A stretch of DNA of 64,000 nucleotides from Eledone cirrhosa. Taxonomy: Eukaryota. The stretch covers positions 170,252,001-170,316,000 of the forward strand of contig OZ024742.1 of the NCBI GenBank assembly GCA_964016885.1, given 5' to 3'. A program made the position numbers and the translations under genes. Shown piece by piece: positions 24,151 through 38,444 of this stretch (its first letter is position 1; each line of letters begins with the position of its first letter). A model generated the notes under the pieces. The model was not told where the DNA came from. It did no database searches and was given only the letters and a program-made list of their open reading frames with translations.

Positions 24151-25539
24151 ATATATATATATATATAATTTTCCCTGCTAACAAGAGCTGTCCCAGGTTA
24201 TCACAGAACAATTCAGTACTTAATTGGGAGGCAATGATCTCTCAACTCCCCTCCCCTCCTTCCTCGGGACCTTATCACTGTTTAACAGCTATTTTCTATA
24301 TTGGTATGGTTTCTATGGATGGATGTCTTTCCTAATGCCAATCACATCACTGTGTACAAGGTTGTTTTTACATATCACCACTACCTCTTGACACATTTTT
24401 ATAACATGGCTAGTTTTCTCTATGATCTTATCACAAAGCACTGAACAGCAATGCATAAAACATTCAATAAATCTAAGATGTGGTAAGTGAAGTCATCAGT
24501 TTTTTATTATTTTTTTGTTAGTTCATATACTTGATTGCCAGTTCATAGCTGTTAGGAAATATTAAGCACAAAAAATGTTTGTCTGCCATCTGTTTGATAA
24601 GTTTGTATAGCTAGGACAAATAGTACTGTTCAAATAATGGTTTCTAATTAGCCACAAGTTCAGCAATTTTGTGGGGTGGGAAAAGTTGCTCATATCAACC
24701 CCAGTACTTAGCTGATACTTTATTTTATCCGCCTTGGCAGGATGGAATGGAAAGTTGACCACAGTGGGATTTGATCTCAGAAAGTAAAGAGCATGAAGTG
24801 CTCAGCATTTGTTCAATGCTCTAATGATTTTGCAAATCACCCACCCTAGTAATGATGAAATAATTATTTTTACAAGGCCAGCAATTTGAAGGGAAGTAGA
24901 AAGTCGATTAAATTGACCCCAGTGCATTACTGCTACTATTTTCATTGACCCTGTCAGAATGAAAGACAAAGCAGGCTTTAAACTAAGAAGGTAAAAGGTC
25001 ACAACTAAGTACTGCAAAGCATTTTTGTCTGACGCTCTACCGAAACTGACATTTTTAACGTCTTGTACCACATGAAATATTCTGGAAAAGTACTAAACAG
25101 GTTGTCACACAACTATGCTGGAAAGTTTTTAGATAAATATAGACACTTTAAATCAAGCAGTTTTGTATCCTAGCACCAGGGGTGATTTCAGGCATGTTGG
25201 TATCAAAATGGTTAACATGAGTTTTCATTTGAGGTAGTTGTCAAACCTTACAGGACAACCAGGACTAAAGCAAGTTTTTTCAGGACCTAAGCATTTAAAA
25301 GATTATGATGTCTCCATATATAAAATCGGCAAAAATATATTTCTTTTGGAATGACAAATGCATATAATTTTAATAAAATGGTGGCCCCTTTTCCTTGATG
25401 CCCTAAGCATAAAGATATATAAGTGTGTCTTTTGTGCAGAATTAATGTGGGAAAATGATCATTCAGTAAGAATTCTAAAGAGTTTGGCAATATTTATATT
25501 AATCTTTTTGTGTCCTATGATACTGGTAGTTTTCTTTTG

Positions 25540-25741
25540 TCCTGAATCTAGTTTGTTAATATACTATATATACTAATGAATCTAAATTGTTAATACTTTG
25601 TGTATATATTTCCCTTTAGTGAATCTAGTTTGTTTATATTCTGTATATATGTATATGTGAATCTAGTTTAATACGCTGTGTATATATACATATTAGTGAA
25701 TCTAATTTGTTTATACTCTGTATATATATATTAGTTTAATA

Positions 25742-25809
<68 letters not shown>

Positions 25810-25870
25810 TAGTGAATCTAGTTTAATACTCTGTATGTATATTACAAATCTAGTTTAATATTCTGTATAA
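25540..25870. repeat. Degenerate ~30-40 bp minisatellite (gaatctagttt...atact) with an embedded (CT)n
   Basis: aatctagttt-like motif recurs about seven times. Confidence 0.75.
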
Positions 25871-28800
25871 TATGTAATGGGGATTTTGTTTTTTGATGAG
25901 GTTCAAAGCCAAATTTTTTAAATGTTGATGGCTGTGGTATATCATGAAATGAATCAATATCAGTATATTACTGATAATTATTTTTTATTGACCTCAGAGA
26001 GACAATAGCCAAAGGCAACGTTGGTGTTTAAATTAATAATAATAATTGTTTCTACTTTAGGCACAAGGCCAACAATTTGAAGAGGAGTTGAAAGTCAATT
26101 AAATCAACTCCAGTGTATTACTGGTACTTTATTTTATTGGCCCCATAAGGATGAAAGGCAAAGCATGGTGGCTGATGCTCTACAGATACTGCCAAATAAT
26201 TATAATAATAATTGTTTCTACTTTTGGCACAATGCCAGAAATTACCCCAGTGTATCACTGGTGCTTTATTTTATTGATCCAGGACGGAAGCTCTCTCTGC
26301 TAATTTGGACAATCTACCACTCTCATGAAATTTGTTTATTTTGATTAAAACACAAGGCCATGTGGCTGTGTAAGTGATTGAACTAACATTGATGATGGTG
26401 GTAGGGTGGTGATGGTGGATCCTCTGTTGTCAGCAATGATCATTCAGTTGTTTCATCAACTGAACATCCAACTCATGAATTAATATGTAAGTGGTTGAAT
26501 ATTCCACAGACACATGTACTTTTAACAATTCCCAAGCCATTTCAGCATGACACAGTATGTAACAAAGCTAGACCTTTCAATTACAGATACAGTCCATCTC
26601 ATAGGCTTTTAAATAGTTTCTGTCTATCAAATTTCTCTCACATGGTTTTTCTTGACCAAAGGCTATGGTAAAGACACTTGCTCATGATACCATACAATAG
26701 GATTGAACTCAGGATCTGATGATTCCCTGCTTAACATTAATCTATTACTGATACTTATGTTATTGTTTCTCGCAGGTGGAGGAACCGACATTAGAATTTG
26801 AGCTAAGACCACTGAGGCAGTGAACTAGATACTGTGAAGCATTTGTCATCCTCATCACCATTTAACATCTATTTTTCCATGTTTGCATGGGTTAGATGGG
26901 TTATCATGTTATGAGACAATTCAGGTCATGTGGCCACGTCTTGCTCATATGGATCTGTATTTTGGCTTAGTTCCTATGCTTGGATGCCCTTAAAACCATG
27001 TGTTGTTCATAGAGATGTGTATTTTGGCTTGGTTTCTATGCCTGGATACCCGTCTCCATGTCAACCACATTACAGTGTGGACTGGGTGCTTTTTATTGTG
27101 GCATCAAAATAGCTGATAGGGTGCTTTTTTGTCGTGTCACCAGAATGACCATGTTACAGAGTGGACTAGGGTTTGTTTTTTTCGTGACACCAGCATGATT
27201 CCCTTTCAGGATGGACTCTGCTATATGGGCCATTCTAATAATATTGATCCCCCCCCCTTTTACAAGACATAAGATCAATTTTTATAGGGGTGTTTGAATT
27301 GATTCCATTTTATTTCCGGAAATTATTTTTATTAAACTCAGAGGATCAAAAAGTAGAATTAATCCTTTTGTAACCAGATTTCCAACAATGGAATACTATT
27401 TTGGTTCCTGATTTATCAAAATAATCAGGAATTATGAAAGGTTTAATAAAATTTTAAACTTTAAATTTTCTATCATAAGCACAGGGCCATCAATTTATAG
27501 GTAAGGGGAATGTCGATTACATTGGCCCCTAGTACTTGACCCTGAAAGGATGAAAGGTTAACTTGCAGCTTAATAATAATAAAAAACAAAGAAACAAATA
27601 TCTATCTATTGAAATCTAATATTCTTCTTTGTTCACTCGATAGTGAAGGGATGGGATTGTCACTGAGCAGTGGCTCATTTATTTGAAATCTAATATCTTT
27701 CATATAATAGAGATATCAATACAAGGTTTGAATTTAAATTTGAACACTTTAATGTTCCATGGCACAAAACTTAAGATGTGTAAGAAGTATGTAGTTAATT
27801 AAATCAACCTTAGTATATGACAGGTAGGATTTTAATCGACCACTGAGCTGTGAAAGGAAAGCATTGGGAATTTGAACTCAAAACGTTGAAATAAGTACCA
27901 CAAGGCACCTTGTAGATTTTCTATCATCTTCATTTAAGCTATTTGGCTTTATGATACAGAACTGTTTGTTTTAAAGTGTTTATCATCACCATCATTTTTA
28001 TGTCGACTTTTCCATGCTGGCATGGGTTAGACAGGACTTTTCAAGGTAATGTTTTAGTCAGATGCTTTTCCTGACATCAACCCTTTTAGTCACCTCATGC
28101 ATGCAGGGATATAGTGTATTTATTCTAAAACCTTCCATCATAATTTCATGTAAGAACCTTTAAATTATGTTTTAAATACCTGCTTGATAACAAGAAAGTT
28201 CATTATATTTCATAAATCTTTCTATATTATTGATTATTCAAGAAATTATTTGAAAATCATAGGCAGTGTCTTTGCTTAGAAATATGGTAATGAAGAAGGA
28301 TTAGTTATTAACCTTGACTTTTATGAGCTATCTTCTTAATTCAGTAGCCTTGCTGTATTTTCTAGTTTCTCACATATAAAACCTACCAGTCTCATTGTAT
28401 GTCTATTAATATATTCGTGACAAATAAATCAATCCAGTGTTTTAGACTGAACACAGCAATTTATTCCATGTGATGCCTGCTTTTGTTTCTGAAAAACAAA
28501 GCAGTTTGTTTAGATGGTGTAAGAACTTTGTTATAATAATACTGTTTGATTCAGAAATGAAACAGTAGTATGGAGATAAACTATTCTAAAAACAGACTAG
28601 AAAGAAACATTCTTTTTTTAACTTGAAATAGTGTTGACAAACATTTATGAGTAAATTTGGTCCAAAAACATTACTAGTTCTTGAAATTGGTAGATTTCCT
28701 ATAATATAGTGAAGTAATTTTACTGATTTTTGCATACTAGTATAGAATAAAAAATGTGACAAAGTATTTAGAATGTCATATAGACTCTTGCTGCATTTGT

Positions 28801-29731
28801 TCTGGCTCTCTACGATCTGAGTTCAATCCTGCTGTGTGAAAATGGGTAGATGGAAACTGTTTTGAAACCTGTCAGATGTACTGTACAATTCAAATAACCA
28901 GCCTTGTCACACTGAATCTCCCTGAGAATTACGTTAAAGGTACACATGTTTGTAGAATGCTCAGCCACTTATATGTTAATTTCACAAGCAGACTGTTCCA
29001 TTCATTGTTGAAACTGATCAAACTCCATGACAGTTGTGTGGTTATATATGTCTGTCACAGTTTTGTTACATCTGTAGGAGAGCTTTGTAAGAAATTAACT
29101 GAAGCTTGCTGAAAGTATCTGATAAATATTCCTTTGAGATAGAATATATTTAGTAGTCTATAAATCAGAAATAGGTGAATGGCTATTAGTAAAGTGTGTA
29201 GGGGGAGTTTGGAGTGAAGTAGAAAACAAGGTAAGAAGTTAATGATTTGAGGGTATTTCTTGTCGTTTCTGTTTGAGCTGGTCTATTGAACAATAGTCGT
29301 TAATTGAATGAACCATCTGAATGCCATTCCTTGTTACAGTAATGTGGGAGTTACTGCCCTAATAGTTAGAAACTGATATATCTAGTCTCTATTTCACAGG
29401 TAATAGTTCCTATTTAAAAGATAATTATGTTGAAGAAGACTCCAGGGAGATTTTTGTTTGGTGTAGTGATTGCCTGTGTAGTAACCTTTGTTAGATAAAT
29501 AATAGAAAGTTGAATCTCTAAATTTACATTAAATATATTGATCAGTTTTAATTTTCTGAATGTACATATGTGTGTGTGTGTGTGTGTGGGTGGGTGTATA
29601 TATATGATGATTTCCTTTGAATGAAACACTTCTAGTCTTGTAGAAGCCATTTCTATATTAAATTTATTGTTTACACTCCACTAATGTATTTAGTACCTTA
29701 CTTACTGTGATTATCCCCCGATTGAACCCGG

Positions 29732-29869
<138 letters not shown>

Positions 29870-30019
29870 TATATGGTGGGAAGACCCCAAAACCAGGGTA
29901 GGATTCGATGAATGATGTTATGTAGAGTGTGTATAGGGAAGAGGCAGAATTCCAGCAGCTAGTCCAGCTGTTTCAACTTGTGTTCCACAAGTATTTTGGA
30001 AGCAACGATTCCTTTGAAA

Positions 30020-30268
30020 AACTTTATTTCTTGTTGCACCAGTTCACTCAACTGGAGAAGTGAGTTGCGATGTCACTAGTACCAAGCTGTATCGATCTTT
30101 ACCATTCATTTGGACAACATTGGTGGCATGGATAAGGGACACTGGCATGTATGGGCGACTGATGGTCTTCCACAAAAGCATCTTCCGTGGGCTTGTGCCA
30201 TGGAGGGGAACTTTCTAGATGCAAAACCCATGGTTATTTGTGATTGAGAGGGCTCTTTACCCTTTACC
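30020..30268 (+). mobile_element. SINE 3' half with a (TTTACC) tail; minus-strand homolog at 36826-37110
   Basis: ccagttcac...gagttgcgat.tcact...aagctgtatc...gggaactttctag.tgcaaaacc...tctttaccctttacc is shared between the two loci. Confidence 0.7.
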
Positions 30269-30632
30269 TCATATCAGTGAGCAATTCTTCATTCTCAAGA
30301 AAATTGGAAAATATGTAGTATTATATATTTGTAGTGTTTATTTCACTCTTAATGTCCTGCACCACATGGGACTACATTAGCAACACATTCTTGGAAAAGT
30401 ACAAAACAGCACTGAGACTATGTCACATTAAAAAAAATTCAAGTCGTTAATACTTATAATAATTTCCACAATGATGTGTTCACTAGTAAAGATACTATAA
30501 ATATTTGAATTAACAAACCTATTTTTAGATATTTCTGCTAAATCATTAAAAGAAAAGAAATATGTAACGATTCACGGTTTTATAAGAGAAAATTTACAAG
30601 TGTAAATTAATAGGAGTTATAGGCATGGCTGT

Positions 30633-30750
30633 GAAGGCGCGTGGCTTAGTGATTAGAGAGTTGGATTCACAATCGTGAGATTGAGAGTTCAATTCTTGAA
30701 CCAGGTGATGCGTTGTGTCCTTGAGCAAGACACTTTATTTCATGTTGCGA
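30633..30750 (+). mobile_element. tRNA-derived SINE head plus CORE
   Basis: ggcgcgtggcttagtgattagagagttggattcacaatcgtgagattgagagttcaattc then gcgttgtgtccttgagcaagacacttt. Confidence 0.8.
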
Positions 30751-33365
30751 CTGGTAGATAGTATCAGCAATGGAAACATTGTTTCCTTGGTCTGATTTGA
30801 TGAGGTTTACCCCACTCGACATGTGATTAGGCATGGCTGAGTTGTTAAGTTTATTTCACAATTATGTGATCCCAGGTTCAATCTTATTGCTACACATTTT
30901 AGGTAAATATTATTTACCAATGTCTTGGATTGATCTAAGTCATATGAGGAAAACTGGGGAGAGAGAAACTGTGTAGAAGCTCATCAGATGCATTATTACT
31001 GTACCTGTAAGACAAAAGTCCAGCAGTGTCACATTGATTTGGCTTGAGAATTATGTTAATGATACATGTTAAAACGAAAAATACTGAGCTACTTAAAATT
31101 TAACCATTTTGATATCACCCTGGTTTTATGATAAATAGCTGACTATTTCAAAATGTTCATATTCTATTAACCTTTTAGCATTTAACCTGGCCATATCCAG
31201 CCAAAATTCTCTCATCTCTCTCTGTTCAACTGGTCCCTCATATTGATGTTAAGGTATTGTTCTCAAAATAAATAATATCAATCTCATAGATTCAATATTA
31301 TGAAAAATAATTATGTGAGATAAAGCCTGTACTGCAAAAATACAATAGTAAATATAGAGTAATGTAAATACTAAATTTACTTAAGAAATTTTTGTTAAAT
31401 ACTGTTTCAAACATTAGCTTACTAATGAAAAGGTTAGTTATCTCATAAAATTCTTAAAATTAGTTGGTACATATATTTCACTAGAAATAGGGTAACAAAA
31501 GAGTTAATACAAGATGGATTGTGTCTGTAATTCAAAGGTTCATCCTTGTTACATATTGTGTCACACTAATTTGATTTCAGAATGGCATTTAGGGTACATG
31601 TCTCCTTACATATTCACAAGTTGGATGTTCAGTTGATTCAAGAAACGAATTCTCTTCGTTGAAATTGATGGAGCCTCTATGGTAATTTGACATAATCAGT
31701 CAAGCAAAACATGGCTGACACTGGTAAAAGATTGTGATCTGCCGTGAGAAATTATTATGAATTCAGAACCTGATCTTTATTGGTTGAAAGAGGGAGTTGT
31801 AATAATATGTAATAACCAAAGCTTAAGGGGTTCAAAGGTCAGTTTGCTTTTGTTATTGTTTATAATAAAGTTGCTTTCTTTAAAGATGAAAGATAGGGAT
31901 GGGACTTAATGATAGAATGTAAATTGAATGAAACAAAATAGGTCATGGGATATACAATTGTTGTCTGAAAGAAATTGATTTGCCTATCTGATGAAAAACA
32001 GATAGCAAGACATTGATTATCATAATATAGACATTACTCTAGGATCCTGGGCACCGAGACAATAATAATAATAATGATAATAATAGTAATAATAATGGAA
32101 GAGTAAAACAAAATAACTCTCCTGATGTTTTCATGAACAATCATATTTACAGCATAAAAACTTTGCATAATGGGAAATTAGTGAATCATCTATTTTGGGG
32201 AATAGAATGAAAATATCTCGCATGTAACAGTTATACTTATATGTGTGCATGTATGTGTCTCTACATTAGCTAGGTTGTTAACACTTAACATCCTATACCA
32301 TAACACATGCAGTCCCATTAGCAAAATATTCTCAAAAACTACAAAACAGCTCTATGACTGCATTATATTAAAAATGAAAGTGTTCACCCTAATACTGCAA
32401 ATTTTCACAATGATCTGTCCACTAGTAAAGATATAAGCATTTGAATAAACAAACTTGTTTCAAAATATTTTCTGCTAAACCATTACAGGATGTTTAGAGT
32501 AAATCTTATCTTTAGACTTTTTATATTTTCTGATGATCTTTGGAGCCTATATTTCTACACATATAAATAACATGTTTAAGCTTTAACCCTCTCGATACCA
32601 AAGTGTCTGAGACTGTTCCTGGTTCTACAATACTAAGCTGTTTGTTTTAAAGTGTTTACTATTTATATAGAATTTTCATACATAATTTTATGTAAGAATT
32701 TTTATGTTCTAAACACTAGCTTAATAATGGGAAAGATAATTATTTTAGTAAATCCTTCCATATTCTTAAATATTTTTCCAAATTATTTGAAAATCATAGG
32801 CAGTATCTTTCATTGTATGTAAGAACTGTTATGTTCAAAACACCAGCTTAATGAGAAAGTTGGTTATGTTACTAAATCTCTCTAAATTCTTGGTTATTTT
32901 CAGAATTATTTGAAAATCATTGGCAGTGTCTTTCATTAGAGATATGGTAACAAAAGAGTTAACATCACTCTTTAATAGTATACTTGACAACCCGAGAAAA
33001 CAACAATAGCGAGTTGTTTTGTTGAGGGAAATGAATAAGATGAACTTTGCAGTGTTAACAACTTAACAATGTATATTGTCCCAACATTAACACTAATTTC
33101 TGAAACACAGACATAATTAGTTTTTATACACTGCCTAGCTATTTACATTTCAGCATATTCCTTACAACCATATTAATACAGTCAGTCTAGGTATTTATAA
33201 TTTTAGTAATGGAATTTCTCTCACATTCATATCATCATCATCATCATCGTCTAATGACCACTTTCCCTGCTAGCAAGAGTTGGACGGGTATACATAGATA
33301 AAGCGGGGTTACTGATCTCAGGGACAGGCTGGGGGTTTGTATCTCGATTATTTACGGTCTCTCTC

Positions 33366-33434
<69 letters not shown>

Positions 33435-33533
33435 TGTCCTACACCATCTTATTTTTGTGAGCTGTACACAGCTTACAAGAACACAATGGTGTAGAACAGA
33501 ACAAAGGAAAGATACAAAATAACTACAAAAGTA

Positions 33534-33574
33534 GTCATTGAGGAGGTCACAGAATGTGATGAAAGAGTTTTGAC
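33534..33574 (+). ncRNA. Minimal hammerhead ribozyme motif (C3 mutated)
   Basis: gtca-TTGAGGA-g-gtcaca gaa tgtgat-GAAA-gagt-TT-tgac. Confidence 0.55.
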
Positions 33575-33615
33575 AATCAACAAAAACTAGACAACCATCT
33601 AGTTATTAAACTAAC

Positions 33616-33655
33616 CAACTGAGGAGGTCACAGAATATGACGTAAGAGTTTTGAC
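33616..33655 (+). ncRNA. Minimal hammerhead ribozyme motif (GAAA mutated to GTAA)
   Basis: CTGAGGA-g-gtcaca gaa tatgac-GTAA-gagt-TT-tgac. Confidence 0.45.
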
Positions 33656-33809
33656 AATCAACAACTAGACAACCATCTAGTTATTAAACTAACCAACTGG
33701 GAGTTTATAATAAATTGAAGTGAGATTTAACAGGTGTGTGTTTTTATTGACAGCATGACCCTCCCAAAGTATAACAATATATATATATATATATATATGC
33801 ATACACACA

Positions 33810-33887
33810 CGGGGTGTCCCCCAAAAATGTATACACACTTCACTAGCATTCTAACAAAAATATGTATACATTTTTTGGGACACACTG
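33810..33887. mobile_element. Tiny Tc1/mariner-like MITE (~78 bp)
   Basis: cggggtgtcccccaaaaatgtataca ... tgtatacattttttgggacacactg|TA inverted termini. Confidence 0.6.
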
Positions 33888-35098
33888 TATATGTCCAGCC
33901 CATGCAAGCATGTGACAATGGACCTAAAATGATGAATGATGATGCTGATAAGTGGTTATGTCTAGGTAGCTACTACAATGCAGGTGGGGTTGTAAATATT
34001 AAGGCAATAAAATCGGCATGAAAATAATTAAGAATTTTAAAGGATTTAGAACATAACTTAATAAAGGTTTGTTTTTAGATGAATATAAACATTTAAACAT
34101 AAATGATTTTAAAATCATTTTGAAAATAAAGAATTTGAAAGGTTTTAGTAATATAACTGACTTTCTCAATTTATCTTGTGTTTGAAAAATAACTTAGTAA
34201 ATGTTCATACATAAAATGATGATAGAAAGTTTTCAGATGAAAATAAACATTTTAAAACAAGCAATTTCATTTCATAGATCTGAGGGGGTGAGGATCAAAA
34301 GAGTTAAGTGAATATGATAATCTTTCTCTCAGTATTGGGGTCTGTTTTCATTATTCAGATATTTAAATCATCTGAATCCTGAAGCTATTCTAAATCTTTA
34401 CTACTTTCTCCATCCTTACTATATTCAGGAATTTCATATACTTTTCTACTGTTTAGTATTGTTTTCCTCTTTTCCTCTCCTTATGTTTAATCTCCAAGCC
34501 CACCTTTCTGTTCCTCCCTACTTTCAACATTTTCCTGTTCTCCTTTACTGTTGACTCGATCTTAGCATTCCACCATTTGCTCCCAATCATGACCCCAAAA
34601 CTTGGTTTTGTTTTAAAGATGATCAGAGGAGAGAGAGGGAAGTACCTATGATATTTGCAGGGTCTCAAAGACTGGTAAGATTGATGTAGTTAATGTCCAG
34701 GCATGAACATTTGTAGGAGAAATTTTGGTAGTGGAAGATTTGCTGCTGCTGTCCTAGGTTGTTGTCGTTTTTGTCTGATCAGTTATCAGTTTCCAGGGCC
34801 CACCATGAGGAGGTTGAAAAACATGGGCCCTAGGTTAGGGTAAAATATTTAATGAAGGGCCTGGCAGGGTGTCAGACACTCTTCTACATTGTTAAAATAT
34901 TCAGTTTCTTTCATGTATTTGACTTGTGCAGAATCCTTTACAAAGTACTGCTCCACAGTCACAAATTTCTTAACTGTTCTTCTTTAATCTTTTCATTACC
35001 ATACTTCATGATTTTCAAATAATTTTGAATATAGAGAATTTGGATAGATTGTGTAATAACTAAATTTCTCATTATTAAGCTGGTGTCCGGAGCACAAA

Positions 35099-35327
35099 TT
35101 AACCCTTTAGCATTTACATTACTCTATATTTACTATTGTATTTTCACAGTAAAGGCTTTATCTTACATAATTATCTCACATAATATCGAATCTACGAGAT
35201 TTTGATGTTATTTATTTTGAGAACAACACTTTAATATAGGTATGAGCAGTCAGTTACAGCCGGTTTGAACAGAAAGAGGTGAGAGAATTCTGGCCGGATA
35301 TGGCCGGTTTAAATGCTAAAGGGTTAA
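35099..35327. mobile_element. piggyBac-like MITE P1 nested in a P2 copy
   Basis: TTAA|ccctttagcattt...aaatgctaaaggg|TTAA; P2 sequence continues on both sides. Confidence 0.85.
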
Positions 35328-35385
35328 TGAAGATTCTTACATAATATTACTATAGAAAGTTTTTTTTAGATAGATGTAAACATGT

Positions 35386-35850
35386 TAATCCTTTTGTTAC
35401 TATATTTTTAATGAAGGACACTGTATAGAATTTTCAAATAATTTTGAAAGTAATTAAGAATTGAAAGAGGGTTAGAATATAACTAAATTTCTTGTTTGAA
35501 ACATAACTTAAAATAGGTTCTTACATAAAATTATGATGGAAGGTTTTTAGATATAACCACTTTAACCCTATAGCATTTAAACCAGCTGTATCTGGCCAGA
35601 ATTCTCTCACCCCTTTCTGTTCTGTCCAGCTGTAACTGGCCACTCATACCAACATTAAGGTATTGTTCTCAAAATAAATAATATCAAAATATCATAGATT
35701 CGATATTATGTGAGATAATTATGTGAGGTAAAGCCTTTACCATGAAAATACAATAGTATATATAGAGTAATGTAAATGTTAAAAGGTTAAGATAGTTTTG
35801 TATCATAGAACCAGAAACGGTTTCAGGAAGTTTGGTATGAAAGGGGTTAA
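35386..35850. mobile_element. P2 MITE interrupted by a P1 MITE at 35562-35790
   Basis: Outer ends ttaatccttttgttac and ggtatgaaaggggttaa; inner ends ttaaccctatagcattt and aaatgttaaaaggttaa. Confidence 0.8.
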
Positions 35851-36083
35851 GGTTTAGCTGACATTCCACACCTGAAATATTTTTGTTTACTACCACTGTC
35901 TTCTTTCTGGTTACTCTATTATTGTAGCTGAATATTAGGCAACTAATTGGCTAGTTGGTTTTCTAAAGGTAGTGATATACATATCTATATTAGTCATGTC
36001 ACATAATCACTGAACTTGATCAGTTGAATACTTCTCTCATATACACTTGCATGCACTCATCTAACTATCTGAGTGTTCATAGC

Positions 36084-36301
36084 TTAACCCTTTAGCATTC
36101 ACATTACTCTATATATATTATTATATTTTCATGGTAAAGGCTTTACCTTGTACAATTATCTCACATAATATCGAATCTATGAGATTTTGGAAATATTTAT
36201 TTTGAGAACAATACCTTAACATCAGTTTGAGTGACCAGTTACAGCCAGTTTCAACAGAAAAAGGTAGAGAATTCTGGCCGGTTTGAACATTAAAGGGTTT
36301 A
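36084..36301. mobile_element. piggyBac-like MITE P1 (also 31167-31384 and a terminal fragment at 1-19)
   Basis: Same TIR and internal sequence as 35099-35327. Confidence 0.75.
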
Positions 36302-37267
36302 CCAAATTTTTCATTGTGAATGTTGTTCCAATCTCTCTGTCAATTAGCTCTCAATAATAACTATAGAATAATCTTTTAAAGTTAACCCTTTCATTACCAT
36401 ATTTTTAATGAAAGTAATCAAGAATTTGGAGACATTTAGTAATATAAGGTTCTTGCCATTAAGTTAGTATTTGGAAAATGACTTAAAGGTTCTTATCTAA
36501 AGTTATGATGGAAGGTTTCTAGATAAATATAAATACTAATTCCTTTATTACCATATTTCAAATGAAAGTCGGTATACATTTTTCAAAATCAAGAATTTGG
36601 AATGATTTAGTAATATAATTAATTTTCTCATTGGAACACAACTTAACAAATGTTTTTACATAAAATTATGATGGAAGTTCTTAGATAATTATGAACTCTT
36701 TAAAATAAACAGCAGTATCATAGAACCAGGGGTGATTTGAGGCGGTTTGGTATTAAAAGGGTTAAGTTATTTTGAAATATATGTTCTGCTACTTGTTTTG
36801 TTTCAGGTTTTGTCATTGTAAAAAGGTTAAAGACCTCTTTCGGTCATGAATGACAACAGGTTTTGCACCTAGAAAGTTCCCCTTTGAGTCACATGCCCGA
36901 GCAAAGTTGTTTATGGAAGACCAGCAGTCGCTTATGCATACTAGTCTCCCCTCTCCACCGATGTTGTCCAAGAGAAAGACAATGGCTGATACAGCTTGAC
37001 ATCAGTGATATCGCAACTCATTTCTGGAGCTGTGTGAACTGGAGCAATGTGAAATAAAATGTCTCACTCAAGGACACAGCACATTGCCCTCTCCGGGAAC
37101 TAAACTCAGTGTATTGCCAGTGTTGTCAGAGCATTGGACAAATACTTAATATTTCTTCCAGTTCTTTATGTTCTGAGTTCAAATTTCGCCAAGATCAACT
37201 TTGCCTTTCATCCTTCCAAGGTCAATAACATAAAGTACCAGTCAAACACTGGGGCTGGTGTGTTCAA

Positions 37268-37600
37268 CTTTCCTCCTCCTCAAGGATGAGGAGATAGAGT
37301 TCTCAAGTATGCCTCTCAGCAGGTCCTGTTGGAAACAAATATTTCCAACTGATCTCGCTGAATCCCCAAGTGAGACCAGCCGAGATCAAGGATGTTATCC
37401 AACCATCTTGCTTGGGGTCGACACCTGGGTCTCCTGCTAGTTGGTTTTGCTTGCAAAATCTGTCCACCGATTCTTTCCTGAGACATTCTAAACACAAGTC
37501 TTTAGCTTGGAGATTAGAGTGGCTCTATCTGGAGTGTCTCTTTTTTCTAGCCTATCCACTCTATTGAGTAACATTACTCCAAAGACCCCTCGGAGAAACC
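37268..37600 (-). mobile_element. RTE-like LINE 3' fragment
   Basis: Colinear homolog of 19228-19587. Confidence 0.6.
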
Positions 37601-38400
37601 CCATTTCGGTTGCTTGTATTTATGATCAACTTTCCCATCTCCTAAATTAGAAATAATATGAAACCGCGGAGTGGGGAGACCCAAGATGACTTGGGATGAG
37701 GTGATAAAAGCCGACCTTACCCAACTACACCTCTCAAAGTCAATGACACACGACCGTGACTTCTGGCGTCACGCAGTAATACAGGGTACCCGACCTCCCA
37801 TGGGTACATGCTGAAGCATATAAACAATATGCCCCCACTCCCCCCACCGCAAGGTGGTAGTGGAGGTGCCACGGCAAAAAAGCACCCAGCCCACACTGCA
37901 AAGTGGACGTGTAGGCGCCACGAAAAAGCACCCAGCACTCACTGTAAATGAGGTTGGTGTTAGGAAGGGCATCCAGCTGTAGAAATCAAGCCAGATCAGT
38001 TCCTGTATGAGCAAGGCATGGTCAGCTGACCAGACACTGCCCACAACAGGACAACCCGTCTAACCCATGCTAGCGTGGAAGAACGGACGTAAAACGGTGA
38101 TGATGATGAAAATAACTTTTTTTTTTTTTTAATTTTTACTATTTTAAAAATATTTTTCATAAGTTTGAAATAAATTATATTTACTTTTTAGATTTATACA
38201 AGTAGAACTAGTAGAATCACATTCTTCAATAGCTATTACTGGCTGACATTTCTGCTTTTCCAGTTCATTTAGACAAACTATAGCTTGAAGTAATGTTGTA
38301 CACTGTCAGGCCCAGCTGACATCACTGTGTCTCTTAATGATGCTAACATTAATATTGCATACAAAACTCACTTTGTATAATATATATATGTGTATGTGTA

Positions 38401-38444
<44 letters not shown>

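Larger units (their letters stand above)
33435..33777 (+). mobile_element. Non-coding PLE-derived unit with a 5' fold-back and two tandem hammerhead motifs, in (TA)n
   Basis: Shares gaggtcacagaatgtga.gaaaga.ttttgac and the terminal catgaccctcccaaag.ataaca with 43020-43474; 81-bp internal duplication; TA runs on both sides. Confidence 0.7.

Noticed and set aside
26760-26830. Apparent exon after tttctcgcag (VEEPTLEFELRPLR)
   Set aside because: It aligns with a decayed minus-strand Deu/Nin SINE (atttgagctaag...aactagatac) and has no good donor.
30633-30705. tRNA genes (also 23845-23915 and 57905-57975)
   Set aside because: A and B boxes are present but there is no complete cloverleaf, and each continues into a CORE-like SINE body.
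31983-32006. CTGATGA inside a hairpin (also isolated CTGATGA near 22571, 32530, 55092 and 57203)
   Set aside because: No correctly placed stem II, GAAA and UH, so these are not hammerheads.
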